Source of the DNA: Camelus ferus
Lineage: Eukaryota
Direction: 5' to 3'
Length of the DNA: 64,000 nucleotides
Assembly (NCBI RefSeq): GCF_009834535.1
Contig: NC_045696.1
Coordinates: 36,458,001-36,522,000, forward strand
Part shown: in pieces, positions 63,221-64,000 of the stretch
Position numbering within the stretch: position 1 is the stretch's first letter
Layout of the letters: every line of letters starts with the position of its first letter
Translations under genes and position numbers: made by a program
The notes under the pieces: model-generated
The model's input: the letters and a program-made list of their open reading frames with translations, nothing else
The model's database searches: none
What the model was told of the DNA's origin: nothing

Positions 63221-64000
63221 AAATAATTTCTGCTAGTGAATTATAGAAGCTCTTTAATCCTCAGTAAATGTGAGGGATTAAACCTCAGTCCTGCAGGGGA
63301 TCCATTTTAAGGAAAATACTGAAAAGCTTCACTGATGCCCTTCTTTTTGTCTTGTTTATAAGAAAAACAGATAATTTGTAGATGGCCTGTATCTATAAAG
63401 AGAACATGCTCATCATTGGTTATACAGAAGCTAAGGTGGACTTGAGGAGAAAGCTGAGCTGAAGCTCAGGTGCTAGGCACAATCCTATTAGGAGAAGGCA
63501 TGGATAAAGATTGAGGTGGGAGCCAGCGCACATCATTGCTGACTTACGGCAAAGATAGTTGAGAACCATTTTTGTACCAGAGTGAGTTTTCTTAGAGGCA
63601 AGTCTCAGCTAACTGTGGTGGCAGGAATGTAGTGAAGTTATATCTAGACTGTTGGCCCAAGTCCTTGGGGTACAAGGGAATAAAAATAATTTAATTATTC
63701 ATTTTTTTGTGGAGAAGCTCCCGAGACAGTAAGTGGAGAGTGAGTACCAGAGCAAGTCCCAAGATTCAGACCTTCCCCTTGTTGCCACTGTTGTGTGGAG
63801 GCAAAAGGCAGGCAGGGTGGCATGTCTAGGATAACAGAGCAGTCTCAGGATTTCTCACAACCTGCAGCAGCGAGGGAGGGCAGCTGGTTGTTCCCCGTGC
63901 CTCTGAGAGTCTGTATAAGTAACGGAGAGAGCTCCAGGCTTGAAGAGTTCCTACAGGAAGGGGCAGGATTAAAATCCAGAGGCAACCTGCTTTGGTCAGT

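Noticed and set aside
1..64000. Prokaryote-style systems (CRISPR arrays, operons, defence islands) and tRNA/rRNA genes
   Set aside because: The sequence is mammalian repeat-rich DNA; no regularly spaced repeats or structured RNA genes seen

Overview
Mammalian (eutherian) AT-rich intronic or intergenic DNA. I could not identify any host protein-coding exon, RNA gene or CRISPR array, and most ORFs in the track are chance or antisense shadows of repeats. The window is dominated by transposable elements. The largest is a young, full-length ~7.1 kb LINE-1 on the minus strand (17375-24467) with a target-site duplication (TSD), a CpG-rich 5'UTR and lightly disabled ORF1/ORF2. There is also an older internally deleted L1 (~43255-47205), several L1 3' fragments, four ERV1-type solo LTRs, many MaLR/ERVL LTRs (one MaLR with its internal region), an ERVL gag relic, hAT and Tigger DNA transposons, and MIR/L2 relics. 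The L1 3'UTR type and the absence of Alu, B1, Bov-tA, BovB, PRE-1 and CanSINE suggest a cetartiodactyl, probably a camelid (inference). Most notable: (1) a ~365 bp mini-L1 at 10216-10581 joins the L1 5' end directly to the L1 3' end at a junction matching GT...AG splice signals seen in other L1 copies in this window, i.e. a retrotransposed spliced L1 RNA lacking both ORFs; (2) the young L1 landed on and duplicated a GG|GTAAGT splice donor, so its 5' end forms a stop-free 162-nt antisense cassette exon and ends a 218-aa antisense ORF (ORF0-like configuration); (3) all L1s and ERV1 LTRs are on the minus strand, and a repeat-free block at ~31-35 kb holds candidate + strand first exons, suggesting a + strand host gene. 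Repeat subfamily names come from recalled consensus sequences, not a database search, and boundaries of old repeats are approximate.
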